From the NCBI GenBank assembly GCA_963707025.1, contig CAVPOM010000005.1, positions 384,001 through 448,000 on the forward strand: a DNA stretch of 64,000 nucleotides, written 5' to 3'. Origin of the DNA: an uncultured Verrucomicrobiae bacterium (GTDB lineage: Bacteria > Verrucomicrobiota > Verrucomicrobiia > Limisphaerales > Palsa-1400). Under the pieces are notes generated by a model, which ran no database searches, was not told the origin of the DNA, and saw only the letters and a list, made by a program, of their open reading frames with translations. Of the stretch, positions 56,754 through 64,000 are shown one piece after another. The translations under genes and the position numbers were made by a program. Numbering within the stretch: the stretch's first letter is position 1; each line of letters begins with the position of its first letter.

Positions 56754-57375
56754 ATTATGCTCCCAGCCAACCCGGCACATTTCCTTGTGCCAAGCCCTGG
56801 ATCGCGTCCTCAACACCGGCGTCGTCGCGCTCGGCGAAGTGACCTTGTCGGTGGCCGACGTGGACCTGATTTACCTGGGGCTGCAACTGGTCCTCACTTC
56901 CGTCGAAAGCGGCCGGCCACCCGCTCCGATCCACCCCGGCCCGCAACCCGGCCCGAACTCGCGCGGCGGCCCGCGACTGGCGCCAACAGAGCCAATCCCA
57001 GCCGGCCCGGCAGCCAAGGAACCGCCCGGCGCCGCCACGCCGTTGCCGGCGGCGGGCCAGACCGGCGCGCTTCCTTCCGGCGGCCCTGGCGAAAAAACCT
57101 TACCCCATGCCGGCGCCGGCGCCGGCGCCGATTCCAACCGGGAAAAAAACGGGCTGGGGAAATTGGTCTTGACATTGATGAAAGTCCTGCACGAACTCCT
57201 CCAGCGTCAGGCCCTCCGGCGCATCGCCGGCGGCGCCCTCTCCCCGGCCCAGATCGAGCGCCTCGGCCTGACCCTCATGCGCCAGGCCCGGGAAATTGAG
57301 CGGCTGCGCCAGGATTTTGGCCTGGCGGAACAAGACCTCAACCTCGACCTCGGCCCGCTGGGCACACTGCTCTGA
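56746..57375 (+). CDS. gvpK: GvpA/GvpS-like domain fused through a Pro/Gly linker to GvpK
   Basis: N-terminus SLCQALDRVLNTGVVALGEVTLSVADVDLIYLGLQL; C-terminus GLGKLVLTLMKVLHELLQRQALRR...IERLG...LNLDLGPLG. Confidence 0.88.
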   Translation: MRELCSQPTRHISLCQALDRVLNTGVVALGEVTLSVADVDLIYLGLQLVLTSVESGRPPAPIHPGPQPGPNSRGGPRLAPTEPIPAGPAAKEPPGAATPLPAAGQTGALPSGGPGEKTLPHAGAGAGADSNREKNGLGKLVLTLMKVLHELLQRQALRRIAGGALSPAQIERLGLTLMRQAREIERLRQDFGLAEQDLNLDLGPLGTLL

Positions 57376-57380
57376 CTGCC

Positions 57381-57713
57381 ATGAACCCGCCACGGCACAT
57401 CGAACATTCCACCAGTGGCGCCACTCTGGCCGACCTGCTCGAACGCATCCTGGACAAAGGCATTGTCATCGCCGGCGACATCAAGGTCAAGATCGTGGAC
57501 ATCGAGTTGCTCACCATCCAGATTCGCCTGCTGGTCTGTTCCGTGGACAAGGCCAGGGAGATCGGCGTGGATTGGTGGGTCAATCATCCCGCTTTCAGCC
57601 CGCACCAGCCAGAGCGCCTGCCGGACTCCGTCCTCAAGCTCGAAGAGCGCCTGGCCCGCCTCGAGACGCGCCTGCCCGCCCCGACTCCAGCCGCCGCTCC
57701 CCACCCGCCCTGA
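57381..57713 (+). CDS. gvpJ: GvpA-family minor protein (GvpJ-like)
   Basis: [52 protein letters not shown]. Confidence 0.88.
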   Translation: MNPPRHIEHSTSGATLADLLERILDKGIVIAGDIKVKIVDIELLTIQIRLLVCSVDKAREIGVDWWVNHPAFSPHQPERLPDSVLKLEERLARLETRLPAPTPAAAPHPP

Positions 57714-57975
57714 TCCTGGAGCCATTGTGCCAAGGCCGGATTTCACCCAGGGTGGATCGTCCCTCGCAACCCTGGGCTGCAGGATCCAATCCCGTTGGAA
57801 TTGGCAAAATCATTGCTGCCGCTCCAAACGTCGCTTGTCATTCCATTTATAATTCATCATTTATATTTATAATTTCCCCCGGCCATCCGCGGTTAAGGGC
57901 GGGCCATTGCCTTTCAACGGGTTGCGCCTCACCCCATCCCGCGCCCCTCCCGCCCACAATACTAAGGAATTTGAG

Positions 57976-58004
57976 TTGACATACAATAGTTTCTATAGTA
58001 CTTT
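57976..58004 (+). promoter_or_regulatory. Sigma70-type promoter of the downstream orphan gene
   Basis: TTGACA(57976-81)-N17-TACTTT(57999-58004) in an AT-rich patch. Confidence 0.55.
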
Positions 58005-58083
58005 TCCTCTGAAGGCCGCTTCCATCAACCTTCACAACTCAATTATGGAAAATTGGAGAACAGCAAAAAAAGGAGATCAAATC

Positions 58084-59184
58084 ATGGCACGCAACGGAAA
58101 AATTGCCCGGCTCCCCCGGGAGATTCGCACCCGGCTCAACACCCGCCTGCTGGACGGTCACCAAGGCAAACAAATCGTCCAGTGGTTAAACTCATTGCCG
58201 GAGGTCAGGGAGGTGCTGGACCAAAAGTTCGAAGGCCGCGCCGTCAACGAGCAAAATCTTTCCGACTGGCGCCAGGGCGGCTACGAGGAGTGGCTGGCCC
58301 ACGAGGACATCCAGGCCCAGATGGTCGAACTGGACGCCGACCAGGAGGAACTCCGCCACACCGCCCGCGGTGAGGCGCTCACCAAGCATTTGGCCGCCGC
58401 CTTCGCCTTTTGCTATGCCGCCATCCTCGCCCGGCCCGGCCTGGAGTTGGTCGAAAAATCCCCCGGCCATCTGCGCGCCTTGCGTTCCATTGCCCTGGTC
58501 GTCGTCAAACTGCGCCGCGGCGAACAAAACGAGGCCCGCCTCAAAATCGAGAACGAGCGCTGGAATCTGGCCCGCAGCCAAATGGCTGAGGAAAAGGCCG
58601 AAACCCTCCAACGCAAGCAAATGGAGGCCCTTGCCGCCCCCATCTGGGCGGCCGTGAAAATGGGAAAACGGACGGTGGAATTCGGTGCCGGCAACGCCGC
58701 CAGGCTGGCGGCGGAAATGCTCCGGGAAATCGAAACCTGCCCCGACCCGGCCCATTTTCAGAGCAAAGTTCTGGCCCCGCGCTCGCCGGAAGAGTGGCTC
58801 CGCTTTTTTCAAGAATTGGCCAAAGACCCCCCGGCCATGCCCTCCCCGGTCCAGGCGGCGTTGGACACCCTCCATGAAATTGATGCCGGCCTTGGCTTTG
58901 AAACCAAAATCAGGCCCCCTTCATCCATGTCTAAGCCGGGCAGCCCTTCTCCAAAACCCGCCAAACGCCGCCCACGCCGGCGCTCGCCGGCGCCCCGCGC
59001 GTCCCGGCCGCCGTCGCCCGCCAGACCATCCCCCAAAGCGCCTCTTGGCGCGACCCCGCCGGAGCCGTCTGGCAACCAAGGCCCTCCTCCAGCCCTCCGC
59101 CCTGCCGTCCCGCCCCCAAGCCAGTCCGATCCAACCGGCCCGCTGCCGCCCGATCCAGTCCCATCAGGCCCCCATCAAGGCTAA
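58084..59184 (+). CDS. Hypothetical protein with a Mu gp27/DUF3486-like N-terminus and a Pro-rich tail
   Basis: MARNGKIARLPREIRTRLNTRLLDG....IVQWLN.LPEV...VNEQNLSDWRQGGY..W, then helical and low-complexity regions. Confidence 0.6.
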   Translation: MARNGKIARLPREIRTRLNTRLLDGHQGKQIVQWLNSLPEVREVLDQKFEGRAVNEQNLSDWRQGGYEEWLAHEDIQAQMVELDADQEELRHTARGEALTKHLAAAFAFCYAAILARPGLELVEKSPGHLRALRSIALVVVKLRRGEQNEARLKIENERWNLARSQMAEEKAETLQRKQMEALAAPIWAAVKMGKRTVEFGAGNAARLAAEMLREIETCPDPAHFQSKVLAPRSPEEWLRFFQELAKDPPAMPSPVQAALDTLHEIDAGLGFETKIRPPSSMSKPGSPSPKPAKRRPRRRSPAPRASRPPSPARPSPKAPLGATPPEPSGNQGPPPALRPAVPPPSQSDPTGPLPPDPVPSGPHQG

Positions 59185-59200
59185 TCAAGGCCAGTCAAGG
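59160..59200 (+). repeat. Degenerate 10-bp tandem repeats spanning the stop codon
   Basis: CCCATCAGGC(C) / CCCATCAAGG / CTAATCAAGG / CCAGTCAAGG. Confidence 0.65.
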
Positions 59201-59328
59201 CGATTTTTAATCCCCCCGCCCTGCCACCATAAAGACAAGCTCAAGGTTCCCGCTTGCGATTTCCAGGCTCGCGGCTAGCATCGGCCTCGCAAGCCAAAAG
59301 CATGAGCCAGCCAGGGCGCCAGAAACCT

Positions 59329-62300
59329 ATGAAAAATCAAAGCGACTGTGAAGGCAACTGCGGCTGCCAGTCCGGGATGCCGCGCCGGGATTTCATTCGC
59401 CTGGGCGGCGCAGGGGCGCTCTCGGCGCTGGCTGGCCGCCTGCCGGTCATGGCCGGCCCTTTTGAGGCGGCCGATTTCGAGAAGCTGGTTCCGGCCGACA
59501 AGAAACTGGACCCCGCCTGGGTCAAGTCGCTCTTTGACCGCGGCGCTCCCGCCATCTATCGCGGCGAAGCGGAACTGAAATATATCGGGATGCCGGTGGG
59601 CGGAATCGGCTGCGGCCAGCTTTACCTGGGCGGCGATGGCAAACTTTGGCATTGGGACATTTTCAATCAGCATATCGGCACTGGTGATTCCCATTATGCC
59701 CACCCGCCCCTGCCCGCTTCACCCATCGAGCAGGAATTCAGCTTGCGCATCAATTCCGGCGGCGCGCTGAAAACTCGCCGCCTGGATCGCACCGGCTTTT
59801 CAGACGTGAACTTTTGCGGCCAGTATCCCATCGGCACCGTCCAGTACCAGGATGCCGCCTGCCCTTTGGCGGTGACGCTGGAGGCGTTTTCGCCCTTCAT
59901 TCCGCTGAACACCGGCGACTCCAGTTTGCCCGCGACGATTCTCCAATTCACCCTGCGCAACAATTCCGCCGCGCCGGTCGGGGCCACTCTCTCCGGCGAA
60001 TTGGAAAATGGCATTTGCCTGAACCACCGCTGGCAGGACGGCCTGTTGCGCAATCGGATCCTCCGCGAGCCGGGCCTGACCACGCTGCTCTGTTCGGCGG
60101 AAAAGTCCGCGCCGCCGCCGGCGCGCTGGCCGGACATTGTTTTTGAAGACTGGGCCGGGGAAAACTACGAAGGCTGGAAGGTCGAAGGCGCCGCCTTCGG
60201 CGCCGGGCCAATCCGTAAAACTGACATCCCATCCTATCAGGGCAACGTGGGCGGCGATACGGCGCGCGTGGTCAATTCGCACGCTTCCGCCCCCGGCGAT
60301 TCGGTGGCCGCCAAGGACCGGGCCGTCGGCAAGCTGACCAGCCGCGAGTTCACCATCCAACGCCGCTTCATCTCCTTCTGGATCGGCGGCGGCAAGGCGC
60401 GCCCGCCCTCGCGCCTGGGTCTGACCTTGTTCGTGGATGGCCAGCCGGTGCAGACGGCCGCCGGCGAAGACCAGAACCAGATGGCCTTGAAACATTTCGA
60501 GGTCAGCTCATGGGCCGGCAAAACGGCCCGGATTGAAATCCTGGACGACGCCACCGGCGGCTGGGGCAACGTCGGCGTGGGCAAGATCCTTTTCACCGAC
60601 CAGCCCGCCGACGCCGGGCCGCTTGAGGAATTGCCGGATTTTGGCACCATGGCCCTCGCCTTGCCCGGCCCAGCCGCCGATCAGGCCAGCGCCGACCAGA
60701 CCGCGCCGTTCCCCGGGAAATTGTCCGGCGCTCTGGGCCGCACCCTCAACCTGGCGCCGGGCGAATCGGCCCGGGTGACGTTCCTGCTCGCCTGGCATTT
60801 TCCCAATCTCTCCCTGGCCGGCCCCTTGCAGAAGGCGGGACGCTTTTACGCCACCCGGTTTCCTTCGGCCCACGCGGTCGCGCAGTATGTCGCCCGCCAA
60901 TTGGAGCGGCTGTCGGCCGAGACCCGCTTGTGGCGCGACACCTGGTACGATTCGACCCTGCCGTTCTGGTTCCTGGACCGCACCTTCCTCAACACTTCCA
61001 TTCTGGCCACCTCGACCTGCTTTCGTTTTGCCAACGGACGCTTTTACGGTTGGGAGGGGGTGGGCTGTTGCGAGGGAACCTGCGGCCACGTCTATCACTA
61101 CGCCCAGGCGGCGGCGCGGCTTTTTCCCGAGCTGGAACGCGGCACGCGCGAGCACATTGATTTCGGCAGCGCCCTGCAGCCGGACGGCGCGATTCATTTT
61201 CGCGGCGAGTTCAACAACATCCCCGCCGTGGACGGACAGGCCGGGACGGTGTTGCGCGCCCTGCGCGAACATCAGATGTCGGCCGACGCGGCCTTTCTCC
61301 AGCGCAACTGGCCCAAGATCAAGCGGGCCACGCAATGGCTCATCGCCAAGGACGCCAAGGGGGACGGTCTGATCGAGGGGAACCAGCACAATACTCTTGA
61401 CACCGATTGGTTCGGGCCGGTCGCCTGGTCGAGCGGGCTGTATCTCGCCGCCCTGAGCGCGGCGGCGGCCATGGCCGGGGAAGCCGGCGACCCGGAGTTC
61501 GCGCGGCAGTGCCGCGGCATTCTTGAGCAGGGCCAACAAAACCTGGTCGCGCAACTTTTCGACGGCGAGTATTTCATCAACAAAGTGGACCCCAAACATC
61601 TGGACGCCATCAATTCCGGCACCGGCTGCGAGATTGACCAGGTGTTCGGGCAAAGCTGGGCCTTTCAAGTCGGGCTGCCGCGCCTCCTCCCGCGGAAGGA
61701 AACTTTGTCCGCGCTGCAATCGCTGTGGCGCTACAATTTTTCGCCCGATGTCGGTCCTTATCGCGCGGCCTACAAAACCGGGCGCTGGTATGCGATGGCG
61801 GGCGAGGCCGGCCTGCTCATGTGTTCGTTTCCTCGGCGCGACTGGGATTACGCGCAAGCCAGGGGCAAAGGCCCGGATTGGGCGGCGGGCTATTTCAACG
61901 AGTGCATGAATGGGTTCGAGTACCAGGCCGCCGGCCACATGATCCGGGAAGGCCTGACCCTGCAAGGCCTGGCCGTGGCGCGCGCCGTGCATGACCGTTA
62001 CCACGCCGCGCGCCGCAATCCGTGGAACGAAGTCGAGTGCGGCGATCACTACGCCCGCAGCATGGCCAGCTACGGCGTTTACCTGGCCGCCTGCGGCTTC
62101 GAGTGCCATGGGCCAAAGGGTTATCTGGCCTTTGCTCCGCGGGTCAGTCCCCAGGATTTCCGGGCCGCCTTTACCAGCGCCGAAGGATGGGGCGCCTTCA
62201 GCCAGAAGTTAACCGGCACAAAGACGACCGCCGCCCTGGACCTCAAGTGGGGAAAACTGCGCCTGGCCACCCTCGCCGTGGCGGCGGCTGCCCCTCCGGC

Positions 62301-62433
62301 CTCCGTTCACGCGCAGTGCAATGGCGCCGACGCGCCCGCCAGCCATCGCTTTGCAGACGGACGGGTGTTGATTGCCTTCGCCCCGGAGCTGCAACTTGCC
62401 CAAGGCCAGCAGCTCCGCGTCACCCTGGAGTGA
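59329..62433 (+). CDS. Tat-exported GH116 family glycoside hydrolase
   Basis: PRRDFI twin-arginine signal; IGMPVGGIGCG, EAFSPFIP, WEGVGCCEGTCGHV, HNTLD, DQVFGQ and NPWNEVECGDHYARSMAS. Confidence 0.9.
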   Translation: MKNQSDCEGNCGCQSGMPRRDFIRLGGAGALSALAGRLPVMAGPFEAADFEKLVPADKKLDPAWVKSLFDRGAPAIYRGEAELKYIGMPVGGIGCGQLYLGGDGKLWHWDIFNQHIGTGDSHYAHPPLPASPIEQEFSLRINSGGALKTRRLDRTGFSDVNFCGQYPIGTVQYQDAACPLAVTLEAFSPFIPLNTGDSSLPATILQFTLRNNSAAPVGATLSGELENGICLNHRWQDGLLRNRILREPGLTTLLCSAEKSAPPPARWPDIVFEDWAGENYEGWKVEGAAFGAGPIRKTDIPSYQGNVGGDTARVVNSHASAPGDSVAAKDRAVGKLTSREFTIQRRFISFWIGGGKARPPSRLGLTLFVDGQPVQTAAGEDQNQMALKHFEVSSWAGKTARIEILDDATGGWGNVGVGKILFTDQPADAGPLEELPDFGTMALALPGPAADQASADQTAPFPGKLSGALGRTLNLAPGESARVTFLLAWHFPNLSLAGPLQKAGRFYATRFPSAHAVAQYVARQLERLSAETRLWRDTWYDSTLPFWFLDRTFLNTSILATSTCFRFANGRFYGWEGVGCCEGTCGHVYHYAQAAARLFPELERGTREHIDFGSALQPDGAIHFRGEFNNIPAVDGQAGTVLRALREHQMSADAAFLQRNWPKIKRATQWLIAKDAKGDGLIEGNQHNTLDTDWFGPVAWSSGLYLAALSAAAAMAGEAGDPEFARQCRGILEQGQQNLVAQLFDGEYFINKVDPKHLDAINSGTGCEIDQVFGQSWAFQVGLPRLLPRKETLSALQSLWRYNFSPDVGPYRAAYKTGRWYAMAGEAGLLMCSFPRRDWDYAQARGKGPDWAAGYFNECMNGFEYQAAGHMIREGLTLQGLAVARAVHDRYHAARRNPWNEVECGDHYARSMASYGVYLAACGFECHGPKGYLAFAPRVSPQDFRAAFTSAEGWGAFSQKLTGTKTTAALDLKWGKLRLATLAVAAAAPPASVHAQCNGADAPASHRFADGRVLIAFAPELQLAQGQQLRVTLE

Positions 62434-62522
62434 GATTAGTAATTCTAATAATGACAAATGTGGCCTCGTCGTTAACCGCCATTGCCGGCAAAAGCGGCAC
62501 AAGGCGCGGGCGCGCCGGAGCA

Positions 62523-63014
62523 TCAGTTCGGGGATGGGTTTGCGGCCCACCCGACAGTTTCCCCGTCCGGCAATTTCACCACATCCTGCCGATCGGCCAC
62601 AGCATCAATGGCATGACGCCCGCCGTCCAGATAGATGGAGGTGGTCTGTCCGTCCTTAATCACCACGGGAACAATCACCCACCCGTAACGCCCCCCTTCC
62701 GCCTTTACCCGGTAGGAGCCGCCGGCCAGGGAAACGCGGGTGGGGGGCTCGCGTGTATAATCTCCTTCTATGCAGTTCGGAACCCATTTGACCAGCTTGC
62801 CGTCGTTCGCATAAACCATGTAGCCGCTGTGATCAATGGTCCAATAATTATTGAAGCATGACCACGCCGAATAAACCACCAGCGACCCGCCTCCCGATGC
62901 GGTGTAGCCGGAGGCCCCCGGGGCGGGGCCGACCGGCGGGAGCGGCCGATAAGAGGCGCACGCTGAGAGCAGGCCCAGGGAAGCGATGCCAAGCCAAAGA
63001 CTTCGATTTTTCAT
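62523..63014 (-). CDS. Hypothetical lipoprotein
   Basis: MKNRSLWLGIASLGLLSAC lipobox; beta-rich body (GSLVVYSA...GSYRVKAE...VPVVI). Confidence 0.75.
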   Translation of the reverse strand: MKNRSLWLGIASLGLLSACASYRPLPPVGPAPGASGYTASGGGSLVVYSAWSCFNNYWTIDHSGYMVYANDGKLVKWVPNCIEGDYTREPPTRVSLAGGSYRVKAEGGRYGWVIVPVVIKDGQTTSIYLDGGRHAIDAVADRQDVVKLPDGETVGWAANPSPN

Positions 63015-63085
63015 ACCAAGAATCTCCTTCTTTTTTTGTTGTCCCAAACCTTCTTCCCTCCCAGAGAAATTCTACCACCCGAAGA

Positions 63086-63412
63086 TTAATGCTTGATGAA
63101 TTTAACATTAAAAAGATGTTGGTGAACCAGCGCGCACAGCTTCACGGCCAACGGATCCTTCAAGCCGTAATAAACACGCTGGCCCTCCTTTTGCCGCGCC
63201 AGGATGCCGGCTCCGGCCAGCAGGGCAAGGTGCTTGGAAACATTGGCCTGGGTCGCCCCCACCGCCGCCACAATCTCGCCGACCGTGCGCCGCCGCCGGC
63301 ACACCGCCTGCAGGATGCGCAGCCGCATCGCCTCGCCCAGCAGGCGGAAGCGCCGGGCCGTCTCTTCCAGTTGGCTGTCGGACAACAATGGGTCAAATTT
63401 GCCGGTTGACAT
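63086..63412 (-). CDS. ArsR/SmtB family repressor (BigR/YgaV-like, two Cys)
   Basis: FRLLGEAMRLRIL..VC...TVGEI......TQANVSKHL..L...GIL...KEG..VYY...KLC. Confidence 0.9.
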   Translation of the reverse strand: MSTGKFDPLLSDSQLEETARRFRLLGEAMRLRILQAVCRRRRTVGEIVAAVGATQANVSKHLALLAGAGILARQKEGQRVYYGLKDPLAVKLCALVHQHLFNVKFIKH

Positions 63413-63433
63413 ATTCTTAAATGGTTATATACT
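63406..63433 (+). promoter_or_regulatory. Sigma70 promoter of the rhodanese gene, overlapping the ArsR start codon and a probable operator
   Basis: TTGACA(63406-11)-N16-TATACT(63428-33); ATAT-N12-ATAT lies across the spacer. Confidence 0.6.
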
Positions 63434-63445
63434 CATACAACGATT

Positions 63446-64000
63446 ATGAATGATTTGCAAGCCAAAACTTCCATCCAACCGCGCGAGCTCCACCGCCTGC
63501 TGGCGGCGGGGTCTCCCGCCCAACTGCTCGATGTCCGCTCCCCCGGGGAGTTTGCCGCCGCCCATGTGCCGGGGGCGAAGCTGGTCCCCCTCGACCGCCT
63601 CGATCCCGCCGCCTGGCAGCCGCAGCCCGGCGCGCCGGAAATCCCGCTCTATGTCCTCTGCCATTCCGGCGGACGCGCCCGCCGGGCGATTGACCGGCTC
63701 CAACGGGCCGGCGTTCACGGCTGCGTGCTGGTCGAAGGTGGCACCCAGGCCTGGATGGACGCGGGCCTGCCGGTCAATCTCGGTCCGAGCCGCATTTTGC
63801 CGCTGATGCGCCAGGTGCAAATCACCGTCGGACTCATCTCCGCCGCAGGCGCGGTTCTCGCCCTCGCCGTCAATCCCCTCTTTGCCATCCTGCCCCTCCT
63901 GATGGGCTGCGGTCTGGTCTTTGCCGGGATCACCGGCACCTGTGGCCTGGCGCTGCTGCTGGCGAAAATGCCGTGGAATCGCGCCCAAAGCTGCGGTTCC
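63446..64000 (+). CDS. Membrane-anchored rhodanese (YgaP-like, DUF2892), running off the window end
   Basis: Read directly because it is absent from the ORF track: MNDLQAK...LLDVRSPGEF...HVPGA...CHSGGRA...EGGT.AW...LMRQVQI...GLVFAGITGTCG...KMPWNR. Confidence 0.88.
   Translation, partial: MNDLQAKTSIQPRELHRLLAAGSPAQLLDVRSPGEFAAAHVPGAKLVPLDRLDPAAWQPQPGAPEIPLYVLCHSGGRARRAIDRLQRAGVHGCVLVEGGTQAWMDAGLPVNLGPSRILPLMRQVQITVGLISAAGAVLALAVNPLFAILPLLMGCGLVFAGITGTCGLALLLAKMPWNRAQSCGS

Noticed and set aside
58084..59184. Prophage
   Set aside because: No terminase large subunit, portal, capsid, tail or transposase genes nearby.
1..64000. CRISPR array, cas genes, rRNA, integrase or transposase
   Set aside because: No regularly spaced repeat-spacer array and no such motifs were seen; the repeats found are dispersed or short tandem.

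Overview
GC-rich bacterial window. Gene content (many PQQ-like beta-propeller proteins, GH2/GH92/GH116 glycosidases, characteristic small hypotheticals and GTAG-type REP repeats) suggests a PVC-superphylum organism, most likely Verrucomicrobiota of the Pedosphaera-like group; this is inference, as no rRNA is present. From left to right the window holds: (1) carbohydrate and periplasmic enzymes (1-8.9 kb); (2) housekeeping genes holB, tRNA-Leu(GAG), hflX, miaA, lgt, a ylbF-like gene, a POT transporter, hisD, hisC and an orphan higA (9.7-23.5 kb); (3) a MarR-divergent operon with two secreted beta-propeller proteins, a DUF3311/Na+:solute symporter pair, an EhpF/GriC-like adenylating enzyme, a GriD-like reductase and an Fe-alcohol dehydrogenase (23.6-34.1 kb); (4) a RadC-N-terminal-only mini-gene coupled to a large methyltransferase with a putative nuclease tail (34.2-37.1 kb); (5) an ~18.7-kb gas vesicle locus resembling the Serratia sp. 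ATCC 39006 gvp/gvr cluster (39.0-57.7 kb), split by a ~4.2-kb insert, with each structural half preceded by a copy of the same ~200-bp sigma54 promoter; (6) an orphan Mu-gp27-like gene with 10-bp terminal repeats, a GH116 and an ArsR/rhodanese pair. Several genes, including the normally essential lgt, carry small frameshifts that look like sequencing indels rather than true pseudogenisation. All calls come from reading motifs by eye; no database searches were run.
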